The translations under genes were made by a program, and so were the position numbers. Positions 42,858-43,673 of a stretch of 43,673 nt of DNA are shown piece after piece. The stretch spans positions 1 through 43,673 of IMG/VR virus record IMGVR_UViG_3300020042_005083, one strand, 5' to 3'. The first letter of the stretch is position 1. Each line of letters begins with the position of its first letter. Source of the DNA: a virus (lineage: Duplodnaviria > Caudoviricetes). Under the pieces are notes generated by a model that had not been told where the DNA came from, ran no database searches, and saw only the letters and a program-made list of their open reading frames with translations.

Positions 42858-43673
42858 TCACCAGCCCATGTTCGCCGCGCAAATGGGGCCAATGCCCATG
42901 TCGATGGACTTGGGATCGGTCAGTTCACGCGAACAGATCGAGCATTGGCCCGTCAGGCGACCGTGCTGGATGGCAGCACCCTTGGGGTCGGCAGCCACCT
43001 CGACAATGGCAGCCGCCTGAGCCTCGGAGCAGTCACGCGAGGCGAACAGTTTCCCGCCCATGACCTTGCCGAGGTAAACGCCGTCCTCCTTGACGTAAAC
43101 GGCACCCGCATTCTTGCCAGCCACGGGGGCCAGCGAAAACCGCAGCCCAGCAACACGCAGCGCGGGGCGCTTGACACCACGGGCAACAGCAGTTGCGATG
43201 GCAGCCTCGATGGCCCCAACGTCCACCGCAGGGGCAGCAGCCTCACGGGCAACCGCAGCCGCAGCGCGGTCGGCGTCACGGGTCTTCTGCCCCTCGACGC
43301 ACTTCTGCGCCGACGCCAACTGGCGGTCGGTCAGGTCACCGTACTTCAGCACGGCCAGCCGCAGACTGACGGCGAACTCGAACGAAGTGTTCGATTCCAA
43401 CCATGCGGCAACCTCGGGGTTGGCTGCCGTAAACGCAGCCCAGTTGGCCTCGGCGTTGCGGTCGGCAGTCCTTGCCCGCGACTCGGCAGCCTTGGCGCGA
43501 ACCTCGGGGGCGGTCTTGTGAACCAGCACGCCAGCACCCTTGCAAGCAAAGCAAGAGCCAGACGCCCTGCCGCTCCATGAGTTCCAGCGGCCAGAGCCGC
43601 CGCACTTGACGCAGCGCGACTCGAAAGTGGGGCGCACCTCATCAGTCGGGCGCACCTCGGCGGCGGCCTTCTG
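42858..43673 (-). CDS. DUF6011-like protein with N-terminal CxxCxGxG zinc finger (5'-truncated by the window)
   Basis: CVKCGGSG...CFACKGAG and GQCSICSRELTDPKSIDMGIGPICA; frame stays open to the window end. Confidence 0.75.
   Translation of the reverse strand, partial: QKAAAEVRPTDEVRPTFESRCVKCGGSGRWNSWSGRASGSCFACKGAGVLVHKTAPEVRAKAAESRARTADRNAEANWAAFTAANPEVAAWLESNTSFEFAVSLRLAVLKYGDLTDRQLASAQKCVEGQKTRDADRAAAAVAREAAAPAVDVGAIEAAIATAVARGVKRPALRVAGLRFSLAPVAGKNAGAVYVKEDGVYLGKVMGGKLFASRDCSEAQAAAIVEVAADPKGAAIQHGRLTGQCSICSRELTDPKSIDMGIGPICAANMGW

Noticed and set aside
37935-43580. Long alternative-frame ORFs (e.g. 40291-41334 +, 42945-43580 +, 38309-39292 -)
   Set aside because: Shadows of GC-rich genes with clear motifs in another frame; no RBS or recognisable protein features
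1-43673. Alternative genetic code or prophage integration features
   Set aside because: Genes pack tightly under the standard code, including a 10.5-kb ORF; no integrase, att-like junction or host genes are visible

Overview
This window is a large part of a tailed dsDNA phage genome (podovirus-like, probably infecting a proteobacterium); both ends fall inside genes. 1-24320 (+) is a late module: tail adaptor and tube proteins, two paralogous tail-fibre + chaperone pairs, a holin and GH108 endolysin, three candidate ejection proteins, and a 3490-aa polyvalent protein (zincin, two ART-PolyVal-like ADP-ribosyltransferases, ParB-like and LPD38-like domains). 24310-31088 (-) is a middle operon of small ORFs plus a PD-(D/E)XK exonuclease, a Sak-like annealase and an SSB-like protein. 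31101-34389 (+) holds RusA, a ~390-nt structured leader, a small HNH and a T7 gp4/Twinkle-type primase-helicase. 34390-34942 is a convergent non-coding zone with a candidate sRNA, three terminators and iteron-like repeats. 34943-43673 (-) is a GC-richer early region with small acidic ORFs, a MoxR AAA+/VWA pair, a SprT-like protein lacking its HExxH motif and a DUF6011-like protein. The best leads are: (i) a [KR]xS[LI]R motif at the domain junctions of the giant protein, suggesting a processed polyprotein, plus a nested out-of-frame gene; (ii) a P4 CI / P1 c4-like antisense RNA switch ahead of the primase operon; (iii) a strongly over-represented, coding-strand-biased CGTTTA motif. All family assignments are from motif recognition by eye; no database searches were run.
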